From: Spirochaetia bacterium
GTDB taxonomy: Bacteria > Spirochaetota > Spirochaetia > SZUA-6 > Bin103
Assembly: GCA_965203905.1 (NCBI GenBank)
Contig: CBDBDQ010000005.1
Span: 1,024,001 to 1,088,000, forward strand
Direction of reading: 5' to 3'
DNA: 64,000 bases
The translations under genes and the position numbers were made by a program. Below, piece by piece: positions 39,105 through 50,489 of this stretch. Numbering within the stretch: position 1 is the first letter of the stretch; every line of letters starts with the position of its first letter. The notes under the pieces were generated by a model that had not been told where the DNA came from, searched no databases, and saw only the letters and a program-made list of their open reading frames with translations.

Positions 39105-40727
39105 ATGGACTGGCCAATCGCTATCGTCATTGCCGTTTTCGGTCTCATGTTGGGCTTGGCCGCTCTGACAGCTCCGGCGCACTTCGAGACCACCCCTCCC
39201 GCCGTCGAAACACCACCACTGGAGCCGCTCGAAACATTCCGCTCGACGGCACATGTCCCCATTTCGTTCCCGATCGCAAAACTGGATCCGATCATGCCGC
39301 GCGAGGCCACTCCGGCGCTCGACCCGCTCCCTACCCAGCTCTCCACGGCCCGCATCCCGATCTCGTTTCCCGTGGACAGGCTCGACGCAGACCAGCCGCA
39401 GGCGGCGACCCCGACGCTGCAACCGCTGCCGACGCGGCGCTCTTCGGTGCTCTTGCCGGTATCCGTTCTCGTCGCGAGCATCGAGCGGGAGGTCGACCGG
39501 CTCATCGCCAGAACCCGCAAGGTAACGGGAAGCGCACCGTGGCTGCTTGGAAGCGTCGACTATGAGGTGGCGGTCGAGCGCACCGACATCACGCTCAGCG
39601 GATCTGACGCGGGGTTCGTCGCCGAGACCCGGGCGTCGATCACCGGGCCGGTCGGCTGGTGGATATTTTCGGGCACGCTCAACGCTTCCGCGCAGATACA
39701 GGCAACCATGGCGCCGGCGTTTCAAGGGGACTGGCGGATCAATCCCGGATTGGCACTGAAGGGGCACGTTGCGTCCGCCCACATAGCGTCGATCCTGCCC
39801 GACATCGGGGTTCGGAGATTGGTGGCCAAACGCGTCGACGACTACCTTGCCCGCGAGCAGAGGAAGCTCGAAGACAGCATCTCGAACAGCGACTTCATCG
39901 AGACGCTCGCCCGAAAGGGATGGCAGGGACTATGCCGCAGTTTCCCGATTTCCTCGGACCCGGAAGTGTGGCTGGAGGTGCGCCCCACCGCCGCCAGCGT
40001 TGCCAGCCCGAGCATCGACGACGAGCGCATGAACACCGAGCTGGCACTCGAGTTCGAATTGCGCGTGGTCGATCACGAAACTCAGCCCGTATGCGGGTTT
40101 CCGGATGTCGCGAGCGATGATTTCAGGGATGGCGGCATCAACATCGTGCTGCCGGTGGAGATCACGTATGACACGCTGAGCACGTTCCTTGACGATCAGG
40201 TCGCGGGCCGGAGCTTCGCCGACGACAACAACTCGGTTACGTTCGAATCCCTTGAGGTTCGCCCTTACGGCCGCTCCGTACTGTTTCACGCGGAGCTCAT
40301 CGTGCAGGCCCCCGGTTGGTTCGAGACCCCCGCCAAAGGCGTCATTTACATTTCCGGCGAACCGCGCCTCGACGTCGACGACCAGAGTCTGAGCTATGCC
40401 AATCTGCAACTCGACACCTCGTCGCGCCAGGCGCTGCTCGGACTCGGTCTGGAGATCGCAGAGCCGGTGATCCTTGATGCCCTGGAGGATGTCAGGTTCG
40501 ATCTGAAGCCGCACCTTCGGAGGTTGGAGGACATGGCAACAGAAGCGCTCGACAAACTGGAGCGATCGATTCCGGGTGTCGCCATAGACGCGACCCGCCC
40601 TGCGATCCGACTCGACCGGATCGACGTGGGTCGCGAGTATCTGCGCCTGGTTGCGCGAGTCACGGGAACGCTGGCGGTCGATGTCCAGACCCTTCCCTGG
40701 AGAACAGAACAAGAAATCGGCAATTGA
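39105..40727 (+). CDS. DUF4403-like exported/membrane-anchored protein
   Basis: N-terminal hydrophobic segment, then W..LC...VWLEVRP, LPVEITY and GVIYISGEP motifs as I recall them for DUF4403. Confidence 0.7.
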   Translation: MDWPIAIVIAVFGLMLGLAALTAPAHFETTPPAVETPPLEPLETFRSTAHVPISFPIAKLDPIMPREATPALDPLPTQLSTARIPISFPVDRLDADQPQAATPTLQPLPTRRSSVLLPVSVLVASIEREVDRLIARTRKVTGSAPWLLGSVDYEVAVERTDITLSGSDAGFVAETRASITGPVGWWIFSGTLNASAQIQATMAPAFQGDWRINPGLALKGHVASAHIASILPDIGVRRLVAKRVDDYLAREQRKLEDSISNSDFIETLARKGWQGLCRSFPISSDPEVWLEVRPTAASVASPSIDDERMNTELALEFELRVVDHETQPVCGFPDVASDDFRDGGINIVLPVEITYDTLSTFLDDQVAGRSFADDNNSVTFESLEVRPYGRSVLFHAELIVQAPGWFETPAKGVIYISGEPRLDVDDQSLSYANLQLDTSSRQALLGLGLEIAEPVILDALEDVRFDLKPHLRRLEDMATEALDKLERSIPGVAIDATRPAIRLDRIDVGREYLRLVARVTGTLAVDVQTLPWRTEQEIGN

Positions 40728-40772
40728 ACCCGGGCCTATCTGCGGCCGAGCACGACTCCCGGGAGCGCCAGT

Positions 40773-40826
40773 ATTCGATTGTTATTCACAATTCGATTGT
40801 AGTTCACAATTCGATTGTAGTTCACC
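40773..40826. repeat. 3 x 18-bp tandem repeat
   Basis: attcgattgttattcaca / attcgattgtagttcaca / attcgattgtagttcacc. Confidence 0.9.
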
Positions 40827-41211
40827 GTACGACTCCTTCTTCATTGCCCGTCGACCGGCTGCGGTCACGGTAGTGGCGTTCCAGATCGCCCAGATCCAGA
40901 CCGAGCAGTTCCATGGTCTTGAACAGTTGCGGCAGGTCGCGGTCCACGAAGCTGCGGCGCTTGAGCTCGCGTGCCTGATGATACGCGCGCTCGGCCACGA
41001 AATAGCCGATGCCGCGCCGATTGTAGATGATGCCCCGGTCCTGCAGGTAGGCGTAGGTACGGGTGACGGTGTTGGGATTCACCTGCACGTCCATCGCCAG
41101 CTCGCGGATCGATGGAATGCGGTCCCCGCCCTGCCACAGGCGCCGCAGGATGTTCTCGCAGATGTAGTCGCCGATCTGCAGGTAGATCGCCTGCGGTTGC
41201 GTGAACTCCAT
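40822..41211 (-). CDS. GntR family (YtrA subfamily) regulator
   Basis: AIYLQI...RIPSIRELA...VNPNTVTRTY..L...RRGIGYFV; short protein of about 129 aa. Confidence 0.92.
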   Translation of the reverse strand: MEFTQPQAIYLQIGDYICENILRRLWQGGDRIPSIRELAMDVQVNPNTVTRTYAYLQDRGIIYNRRGIGYFVAERAYHQARELKRRSFVDRDLPQLFKTMELLGLDLGDLERHYRDRSRSTGNEEGVVR

Positions 41212-41213
41212 GG

Positions 41214-41987
41214 TCACACCTCCGCCCGGCTCAGGCGAAGGTAGGTCAGGAGCCAGAACAGCGGCCCCATGATCCCCCAGAAGAAGATCTTCGCGCTCAG
41301 GGTGATCGCCTCCTCGAGGCGCGGCGGGATGCCCAGATTCAGTGTCAGCTCGTCGAAGTGACCGGAAAGCGCCGGGAATACCGGAAACGCCGAGAACAGG
41401 AGCCACGTCAGGCCGGCGGCGAGCAGCAACAACACCAGCCACACCCCGGCTACGGCCAGGATTACCTTGATCGCGTGCCAGCGGCGGAAATAGACCGCGC
41501 CGAACAGGAACAGCGAGCTGGTCACCAGATACGCGAGGATGGCGCGCCAGACGTCGGCGTCCGGTGCGAAGATGGCATGCGAACGTCCCCAGATGAGCTG
41601 GCTGACTCCGGAGCCGAGCAGGGTCACCAGGAAGTAGCCGACCAGAGCCGCGGCGGCGTAACCGACGGTGGACATCAGCAAGCGCACGCCCCAACGCTCC
41701 AGCGTCGAGATCGGCAGCGTCAGGTAGGCGTGCGCCCGCGGCTTGTCGTGCAGATCGGCAAACAGCGTACTCGTAAACAGCAAACCACCGACGACCAGCG
41801 CCAGCGGAAAGAACGCCGCGTGAAACCCCCCGCCGAGTGCGTTGTTCGCCGACGTCACGTTGAAGGCCAGGATCAGGGCTGCCGCTGCGCCCGCCCCGAC
41901 CAGGACTGCCCGGCCCTGCTGCTGGAGATCGGCGCGCAGCGCATACCACGCTCGCGCCACCGAGATTACCTCGTTCGTGTGCATCAC
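41214..41987 (-). CDS. ABC transporter permease-like membrane protein
   Basis: Six hydrophobic segments and a YLTLPISTLE motif; lies between the ATPase and GntR. Confidence 0.8.
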   Translation of the reverse strand: MMHTNEVISVARAWYALRADLQQQGRAVLVGAGAAAALILAFNVTSANNALGGGFHAAFFPLALVVGGLLFTSTLFADLHDKPRAHAYLTLPISTLERWGVRLLMSTVGYAAAALVGYFLVTLLGSGVSQLIWGRSHAIFAPDADVWRAILAYLVTSSLFLFGAVYFRRWHAIKVILAVAGVWLVLLLLAAGLTWLLFSAFPVFPALSGHFDELTLNLGIPPRLEEAITLSAKIFFWGIMGPLFWLLTYLRLSRAEV

Positions 41988-41995
41988 AGCCTCCT

Positions 41996-42880
41996 TTAAT
42001 TCGCGGCCGCGGGGCGAAACGCCGAGGCCACGCGCCGGTGATCGGAAATCACCGAGTTGAACAACAACTCCAGGTCGACGGCCGCCTCGGCCATCGGCCC
42101 CCCGCGTGCGGCGGGCACCAGGGCACGCCCTGCGGGCGTGCCCCCGACACCGGCACCCGGCTCCACGTAGATGACATCGCCGTTGCCCGGCGAGGTCACG
42201 GCAGCAGCGTCCTGCACCGCCAGGGCGGCCGAGATCTCCTCCACCGAGTGCTGAAACACGACCTCCCCCTGCTCCAGGATCACGATCGGGTCGATCAGGT
42301 GCTCCAGGTCCCGCACCTGGTGGGTCGAGACCACGATCACGCGGTCTTCCGCCGCGGCGCCCGCCAGCAGGCGCCGGAACTGGCCCTTGGCGGGAATGTC
42401 GAGCCCGTTGGTCGGCTCGTCGAGGATCAGCAGCCGGCAGCGGCTGGCCACGGCGAAGGCGAGCAGCACCTTCTTCTTCTGGCCGTAGGACATCGCCGTC
42501 ATGCTGCGGTCCGGGTCGACCTCCAGGTCGGCCAGGTAGCGCTCCATCGCCCCGTGATCGAAACGGGGATAGAACACGCCATAGAGCCGGACCAATGCCC
42601 GCGGCGACAGAGCGGGCGTGTGAAACTCCTCCGGCACGAAGTACAGCTCGCGCAGAAACGACGGCGTGCGACGCCGGACCTGTTCGCCGCCCACGCGGGC
42701 GCTGCCCGCCTTGGGGAACAGCAGTCCCGCCATCAGCCGCAGCAGCGTCGTCTTGCCGGCACCGTTGCGACCGAGCAATCCGTACACGTTGCCGGGCGCG
42801 AGCTTCAGGTCGAGCCGGTCGAACAGCAGCTCCACCCTGCCGTATCCGAACGTGATTCCCTGCAGATCAACCATGCGCAT
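41996..42880 (-). CDS. ABC transporter ATP-binding protein (YtrB-like)
   Basis: Motifs GRNGAGKTT, MSYGQKKK, LDEPTNGLD and STHQ. Confidence 0.92.
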   Translation of the reverse strand: MRMVDLQGITFGYGRVELLFDRLDLKLAPGNVYGLLGRNGAGKTTLLRLMAGLLFPKAGSARVGGEQVRRRTPSFLRELYFVPEEFHTPALSPRALVRLYGVFYPRFDHGAMERYLADLEVDPDRSMTAMSYGQKKKVLLAFAVASRCRLLILDEPTNGLDIPAKGQFRRLLAGAAAEDRVIVVSTHQVRDLEHLIDPIVILEQGEVVFQHSVEEISAALAVQDAAAVTSPGNGDVIYVEPGAGVGGTPAGRALVPAARGGPMAEAAVDLELLFNSVISDHRRVASAFRPAAAN

Positions 42881-42902
42881 CCTCCTCGGAATCGTCTGTA
42901 GT

Positions 42903-42926
42903 AGTGTACTATAATATTAGTACACT
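42903..42926. promoter_or_regulatory. YtrA-type GntR operator
   Basis: Perfect 9-bp inverted repeat AGTGTACTA-taatat-TAGTACACT just upstream of the operon; matches the AGTGTA...TACACT pattern known for YtrA-type regulators. Confidence 0.85.
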
Positions 42927-43110
42927 GAGAATTTACGATGGTTTGCTGCCGCCGTCAAGCCCCCTGCGTCACAGTTTTCCGCACACCCGCGCATCGCCCA
43001 CACTGTCCACCATGCTTGACCGCCACGACTCCGACTCCGACGCCGCCGCACCCGACTAGACCGCCAGGTCACAAAACAATTGACGCCGTGGTGGGGACCG
43101 ACTATATTGC

Positions 43111-43134
43111 ATATGCGACCAGAAAAGTCGTATT
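43111..43134. promoter_or_regulatory. putative IscR/Rrf2 operator
   Basis: ATATGCGAC-cagaaaa-GTCGTATT (GAC-N7-GTC dyad, as in IscR type-1 sites), just upstream of the Rrf2 RBS. Confidence 0.6.
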
Positions 43135-43146
43135 TGGAGACGGCGG

Positions 43147-43766
43147 ATGATAAAGATCAGTCGCAAGGTGGAGTACGCGTTGATGGCGCTGCAGCACATG
43201 CGCAGCCGGCCGGCGGAACAGGTGGTTTCGACCAAGGACCTGTGCGCCACCTACCGGGTGGCGTTTCCCATCCTGTCGAAGGTGCTGCAGAACCTCGCCG
43301 CGGCGGGCGTGCTGCGTTCCGAGCAGGGCGCCCACGGCGGCTATCAGATCGCCCGCCCACTGACCGACGTCACCTTCGGCGAGCTGTCGGAGGCGGTGCT
43401 CGGACCGATGCAGTTCTCTTATTGCCTGCACCGTGACCGGGTACGCTGCCAACTCGCCGAGTGCTGCAACGTGATCTCGCCCGTCGTCCGGCTGAGCAAT
43501 CGCATCGAGGAGTTGTTCTACAGCATGAGCTTGGAAGAGTTGCTGCACGCCGAGGAACCGCAGGAGGCGGCGATCCGCGCCCGACACGGAGTGTCGGAGC
43601 GGCACGGCGTGTCGGAGCGGCACGGAGTGTCGGAGCGGCACGGCGTGTCGGAGCGGCACGGAGTGTCGGAGCGGCACGGCGTGCCGGCGCAGCACAAGGT
43701 AACGCCGTCACCCGCGGCATCGGCCGGCCACCGGAGCGCCGCGGCCGCGCCGCAGGAGCAGTTGGT

Positions 43767-43776
<10 letters not shown>
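43147..43776 (+). CDS. Rrf2 family (IscR-like) Fe-S regulator with a repeat tail
   Basis: Motifs KVEYALMAL and [10 protein letters not shown], Cys cluster C-x7-C-x4-CC; heads the suf operon. Confidence 0.9.
43585..43692 (+). repeat. 18-bp coding tandem repeat, (HGVSER)5 plus one degenerate unit
   Basis: cacgg(a/c)gtgtcggagcgg x5 with alternating A/C, then cacggcgtgccggcgcag. Confidence 0.95.
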
Positions 43777-45256
<1,480 letters not shown>

Positions 45257-45257
<1 letters not shown>

Positions 45258-46039
45258 TGGTCAGGATCGACGACTTGAGCGCGGCCGTGACGGCCGACAA
45301 CGGCACCGTGATCCCGATCCTGCAGGGCATCGACCTGGAGGTGCAGGCGGGCGAGGTGCACGCCATCATGGGGCCCAACGGCTCCGGCAAGAGCACCCTG
45401 GCACGGGTGATCGGCGGCCATCCGTCGTACCAGGTGACCGGCGGCGGGGTGAGCTACGAGGTCAACCTGCGCCCGCGCGACCTGCTGGCGATGGAGCCCG
45501 ACGAGCGCGCCAAGAACGGCGTGTTCATCAGCTTCCAGTATCCGGTCGAGATCCCCGGCGTCAGCAACGCGGTGTTCCTGCGCGCCGCGTACAACGAGAT
45601 CGCGGTTTCGCAGGGCCTGCCGGAGCTCGATCCCCTCGACTTCGAGGAACTGCTGCTGGAAAAACTGCGGCTGCTGGGGATGGCGGAGGATTTTGCGGCG
45701 CGCGACGTCAACGTCGACTTCTCCGGCGGTGAGAAGAAGCGCAACGAGATCCTGCAGTTGGCGCTGCTGGCGCCGCGCCTGGCGATCCTGGACGAGACCG
45801 ACTCCGGGCTGGACATCGATGCGCTGAAGGCGGTGGCGGACGGCATCGGCAAGCTGCGCCACGCCGAGAACGCGTTCGTCCTGATCACCCACTACCAGCG
45901 CATGCTCAACTTCGTGACCCCGGACCGGGTGCACGTGATGTACGACGGCCGCATCATCCGCAGCGGCGACCGCGAGCTGGCCCTGGAGATCGAGGAGCGC
46001 GGCTACGACTGGCTGGTCAACGGGACGGCGGCACGCTGA
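45257..46039 (+). CDS. sufC: Fe-S cluster assembly ATPase SufC
   Basis: Motifs MGPNGSGKSTL, FQYPVEIPGV, FSGGEKKRNE and LDETDSGLDID. Confidence 0.96.
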
Positions 46040-47420
46040 TGACTGAGGCAGGTGCCGTGGCCGCGCGCACCGCGGTGGCGCGGGACGCGGCAACCGGGAG
46101 CGGAAGCGTGGCGCCCTACGTGGCGCAGTTTCAGAAGCTGTACCGCGAGCACGGCGCCGGGTTGGCGGTCGATGCCGCGGACGCGGACGCGCGGGCGGCG
46201 GCGCTGGAGCAACTGGCGGCCACCGGGTTCCCGCTGCGCCACGACGAGGAGTGGGCCCACACCCCGGTGCGGCCGGTGGTGGAGCAGACCTATCGCCTGG
46301 GGCCCGCCACGGCGGGTCCGATCCTGCTCGACGGCGTGGCCGCGGCGCTGGTCGCCGGCGAACCGGTCGCCCTGGTTACGTCGAACGGCGCGGGAAGTGC
46401 CCCTGGGGCCGGGGCCGCTAACGGCACCGGAAAGCGCGAGTGGCGCACCCGGACCGCGCCAGCGGCTGCAACGCTGTTCACCCGACCCACCGGCGGTGCG
46501 TTCACCCGTTTGGCGCGCGTGTTCGGTCACCGCCACGAGTTGCACCTGGACGCCGCCGCGGGCGCGGCACCGGTGCACCTGGTACATCTGACCGCGGCGG
46601 GGATGCTGAGCGCGCCGCGGGTGCGGATACGCATCGCCGCCGGCGCGCGCGTCACCCTGGTGGAGACCTTCACCGCGGCGGACCCGGCTGCGCCGGCGGC
46701 AGCGCCTTCCCTGGCCTGCGGCGACACCGAGATCCATCTCGGCGCCGGGGCGGTGCTGACCTACGTGCGGGTGCAGGCGGCGGCGCAGGACTCCTTCGAT
46801 CTCGGCAGCACTACCGTGGTGCAGGAGCGTGACAGCGAGTTGCACGCCGTGAGCGTGGCGGTCGGCGCCCGGCTGGCGCGCCACACCCTCAACCTGCTGG
46901 CGGCGGGTCCCGGCACCTCCAGCCGCCTCGGAGGGGCGGCCGTAGCCGGAGCGGCGCCCGCCGGGGACACTCCCGCGCCGCAACTGATCGACAACCACAC
47001 CTACCTGGAGCACGCCGCGCCTCATTGCGCCAGCCGCCAGTTGTACAAGACGGTGCTGGGCGGCCGTGGCCACGGCGTGTTCTCCGGCCGCATCCTGGTG
47101 CGGCCGGTGGCGCAGCAGACCGACGCCTTCCAGCTCAACCAGAACCTGCTGCTGGACGACGCGGTGGTGGACACCAAGCCGCAGCTCGAGATCGGCGCCG
47201 ACGACGTGCGCTGCACCCACGGCGCCACCACCGGACGCCTGAACCAGGATCAGATGTTCTACCTGCAGACCCGCGGCATCCCGCGGCCGGCGGCCGCACA
47301 GATGCTGGCGCGCGGGTTCCTGGACGAGGTGGTGGGCGACCTGCCGGCCGCCGCACTGCGCCCGCGCCTGCTGGAGCTGCTGCACCGGCGCCTGGACCGC
47401 CTGGCATGGAGTCCGACCTC

Positions 47421-47424
<4 letters not shown>
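46039..47424 (+). CDS. sufD: Fe-S cluster assembly protein SufD
   Basis: Motifs EEW, SRQLYK, GVFSGRI, KPQLEIGADDVRCTHGAT and FYLQTRGI. Confidence 0.9.
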
Positions 47425-48670
<1,246 letters not shown>

Positions 48671-48674
<4 letters not shown>

Positions 48675-49135
48675 GCACGCCGACCAGCGAGCTGTACCAG
48701 CAGGTGATCCTCGATCACAACCGCGCGCCGCGCAACTGGGGCGACCTGGAGCCGCACACCCACCACGCGGAGGGGCACAACCCCCTGTGCGGCGACCGTT
48801 TCGTGGTGGCGCTGCGGCTGGCCGCGGACGGCACCATCGCCGAGATCCGCTTCCAGGGCTCCGGCTGCGCCATCTCCAAGGCGTCGGCGAGCATGATGAC
48901 CGACGCGGTGAAGGGCCACCCGCGAGCCGCGGCGGAATTGCTCTCGGAGCAGTTCCGCGGGCTGGTGACCGGCGACCTGGATCCGGCGCGCGACCCGCAT
49001 CAGCTCGGCAAGCTCAAGGTGTTCAGCGGCATCCGGCAGTTTCCGGCACGCGTCAAGTGCGCTACCCTGCCGTGGCACACCCTGCAGAGCGCCCTCGAAG
49101 GCCTGGGCCGGGCCACCACCGAGAGCAAGGAGTAA
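48671..49135 (+). CDS. sufU: SufU-type Fe-S assembly / sulfur-transfer protein
   Basis: Motifs LYQQVILDH, NPLCGD, GCAISKAS and RVKCATL. Confidence 0.93.
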
Positions 49136-49140
49136 GCGAC

Positions 49141-49716
49141 ATGGGCGTGGCGATACTGACCCAATTCACCCCCAACCCGAACGCGATGAAGTTCATCCTC
49201 AACCGCGACGTGAAGTCCACCGGCAAGGTGACCTTCCGCAGCGCCGAGGAGGCGACCGGCATCCCACTGGTGGAGGCGCTGTTCTCCCTGGTGGTGGTGG
49301 AGCAGGTGCACCTGTTCGAAAACGTGGTCACGGTGACCAAGATCGAGCAGGCGCCATGGGAAGATGTGGCCGACTGGGTAAAGCAGGTGCTGAACAACCA
49401 GGTCGAGGAGCACGATCCCGGCTTCGAGATCTCCGACGCCGGGAGCGGCGGGCCGGTGAGCCACGTGCGCGACGACCAGCCGCCCGAGGTCCAGCGCATC
49501 GAAGAGGTGCTGGACCGTACCGTGCGCCCCTACCTGCAGGGCGACGGCGGCGACCTGGACGTGCTGGCCTACGAGAACAACCGCGTGGTCGTGACCTACG
49601 TCGGCGCCTGCGGCACCTGCCCAGCGTCGGTGTCCGGCACCCTGCAGGCGGTCCAGAGCGTGCTGCGCGACGAAGTGAACCCCGAGATCGAAGTAGTCTC
49701 GGCGGAAGCCGGTTGA
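49141..49716 (+). CDS. NifU/Nfu family Fe-S carrier
   Basis: Nfu_N motif TPNPNAMKF plus VRPYLQGDGGD...GACGTC. Confidence 0.9.
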   Translation: MGVAILTQFTPNPNAMKFILNRDVKSTGKVTFRSAEEATGIPLVEALFSLVVVEQVHLFENVVTVTKIEQAPWEDVADWVKQVLNNQVEEHDPGFEISDAGSGGPVSHVRDDQPPEVQRIEEVLDRTVRPYLQGDGGDLDVLAYENNRVVVTYVGACGTCPASVSGTLQAVQSVLRDEVNPEIEVVSAEAG

Positions 49717-49742
49717 GGCTAAGCAACAAACGCCCGTGTCGC

Positions 49743-50489
49743 ATGGACGTTCTGGTTGACTACTACAACCTGTCTCAACAACAGCGACGCAGAGCGCAGC
49801 AAAACCGGCATCAGCGCTTAGTCGACGTCGTCGTCGATCGGATCGTCTCGGCTATCGTTCCAGAGCATGTAGAGGTCGATGAGGAGCGTATCGACGTTCG
49901 CCTGTATGGCGGTTGGTACGAAGATGCGAAGCGAACCCGCGATGCGCAGGAAATCGACGACGTGTTGAGCGCAGCTTACCCGGCTGCGGTTGCTGGTGAA
50001 CCGGGCCGACGAATCGTCGTAGATGTACAGCTTGCATACAGCTTGAGGTGTAATCCGGCCCATCATCTGCTACATACCCTCAGATCAAAGGTTGCCCCAC
50101 GAGGACTGGAGTTCCTCAATCCCTCTTCACTTGGCTGCAAGCTGCCCACCAATTGCCCACTACGACCTGGATACGACTTCTTTGTACGCGGCCGATGCCC
50201 TGAGCAGGCGTGCACCGTAACTGGACCGCTCGTCATTCGGCGCCGCGAACAAAAGCTGGTCGATACCATGTTGGCCTCAGACGTGTTCTTCAATGTGCAC
50301 GAGCGGGTCCCTCGAATTGCCGTTGTATCATCAGACGATGATCTGTGGCCGGCGATTAGCACCGCTCTTCAATTCGGAGTAGCAGTCGTCCATGTACACA
50401 CCGAAAGAGGCCGCACGACCAAGACGGATTACCTTCACGGCGGTGGTGCCCAGTATGCGCAAGTGAGTCTTCAGGAGGACCAGGTATGA
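49743..50489 (+). CDS. NYN (PIN-like LabA/DUF88) ribonuclease with a four-cysteine insert
   Basis: VLVDYYNL, RLYGGWY, EQKLVDTML..D and VVSSDDDL.P form a complete NYN acidic set; insert C-x5-C...C-x4-C. Confidence 0.82.
   Translation: MDVLVDYYNLSQQQRRRAQQNRHQRLVDVVVDRIVSAIVPEHVEVDEERIDVRLYGGWYEDAKRTRDAQEIDDVLSAAYPAAVAGEPGRRIVVDVQLAYSLRCNPAHHLLHTLRSKVAPRGLEFLNPSSLGCKLPTNCPLRPGYDFFVRGRCPEQACTVTGPLVIRRREQKLVDTMLASDVFFNVHERVPRIAVVSSDDDLWPAISTALQFGVAVVHVHTERGRTTKTDYLHGGGAQYAQVSLQEDQV

Noticed and set aside
40773-40826. Possible CRISPR or mini-array
   Set aside because: Head-to-tail repeats with no spacers.
43585-43692. Possible CRISPR array
   Set aside because: Contiguous 18-bp units with no spacers, in frame within a CDS, and no cas genes.
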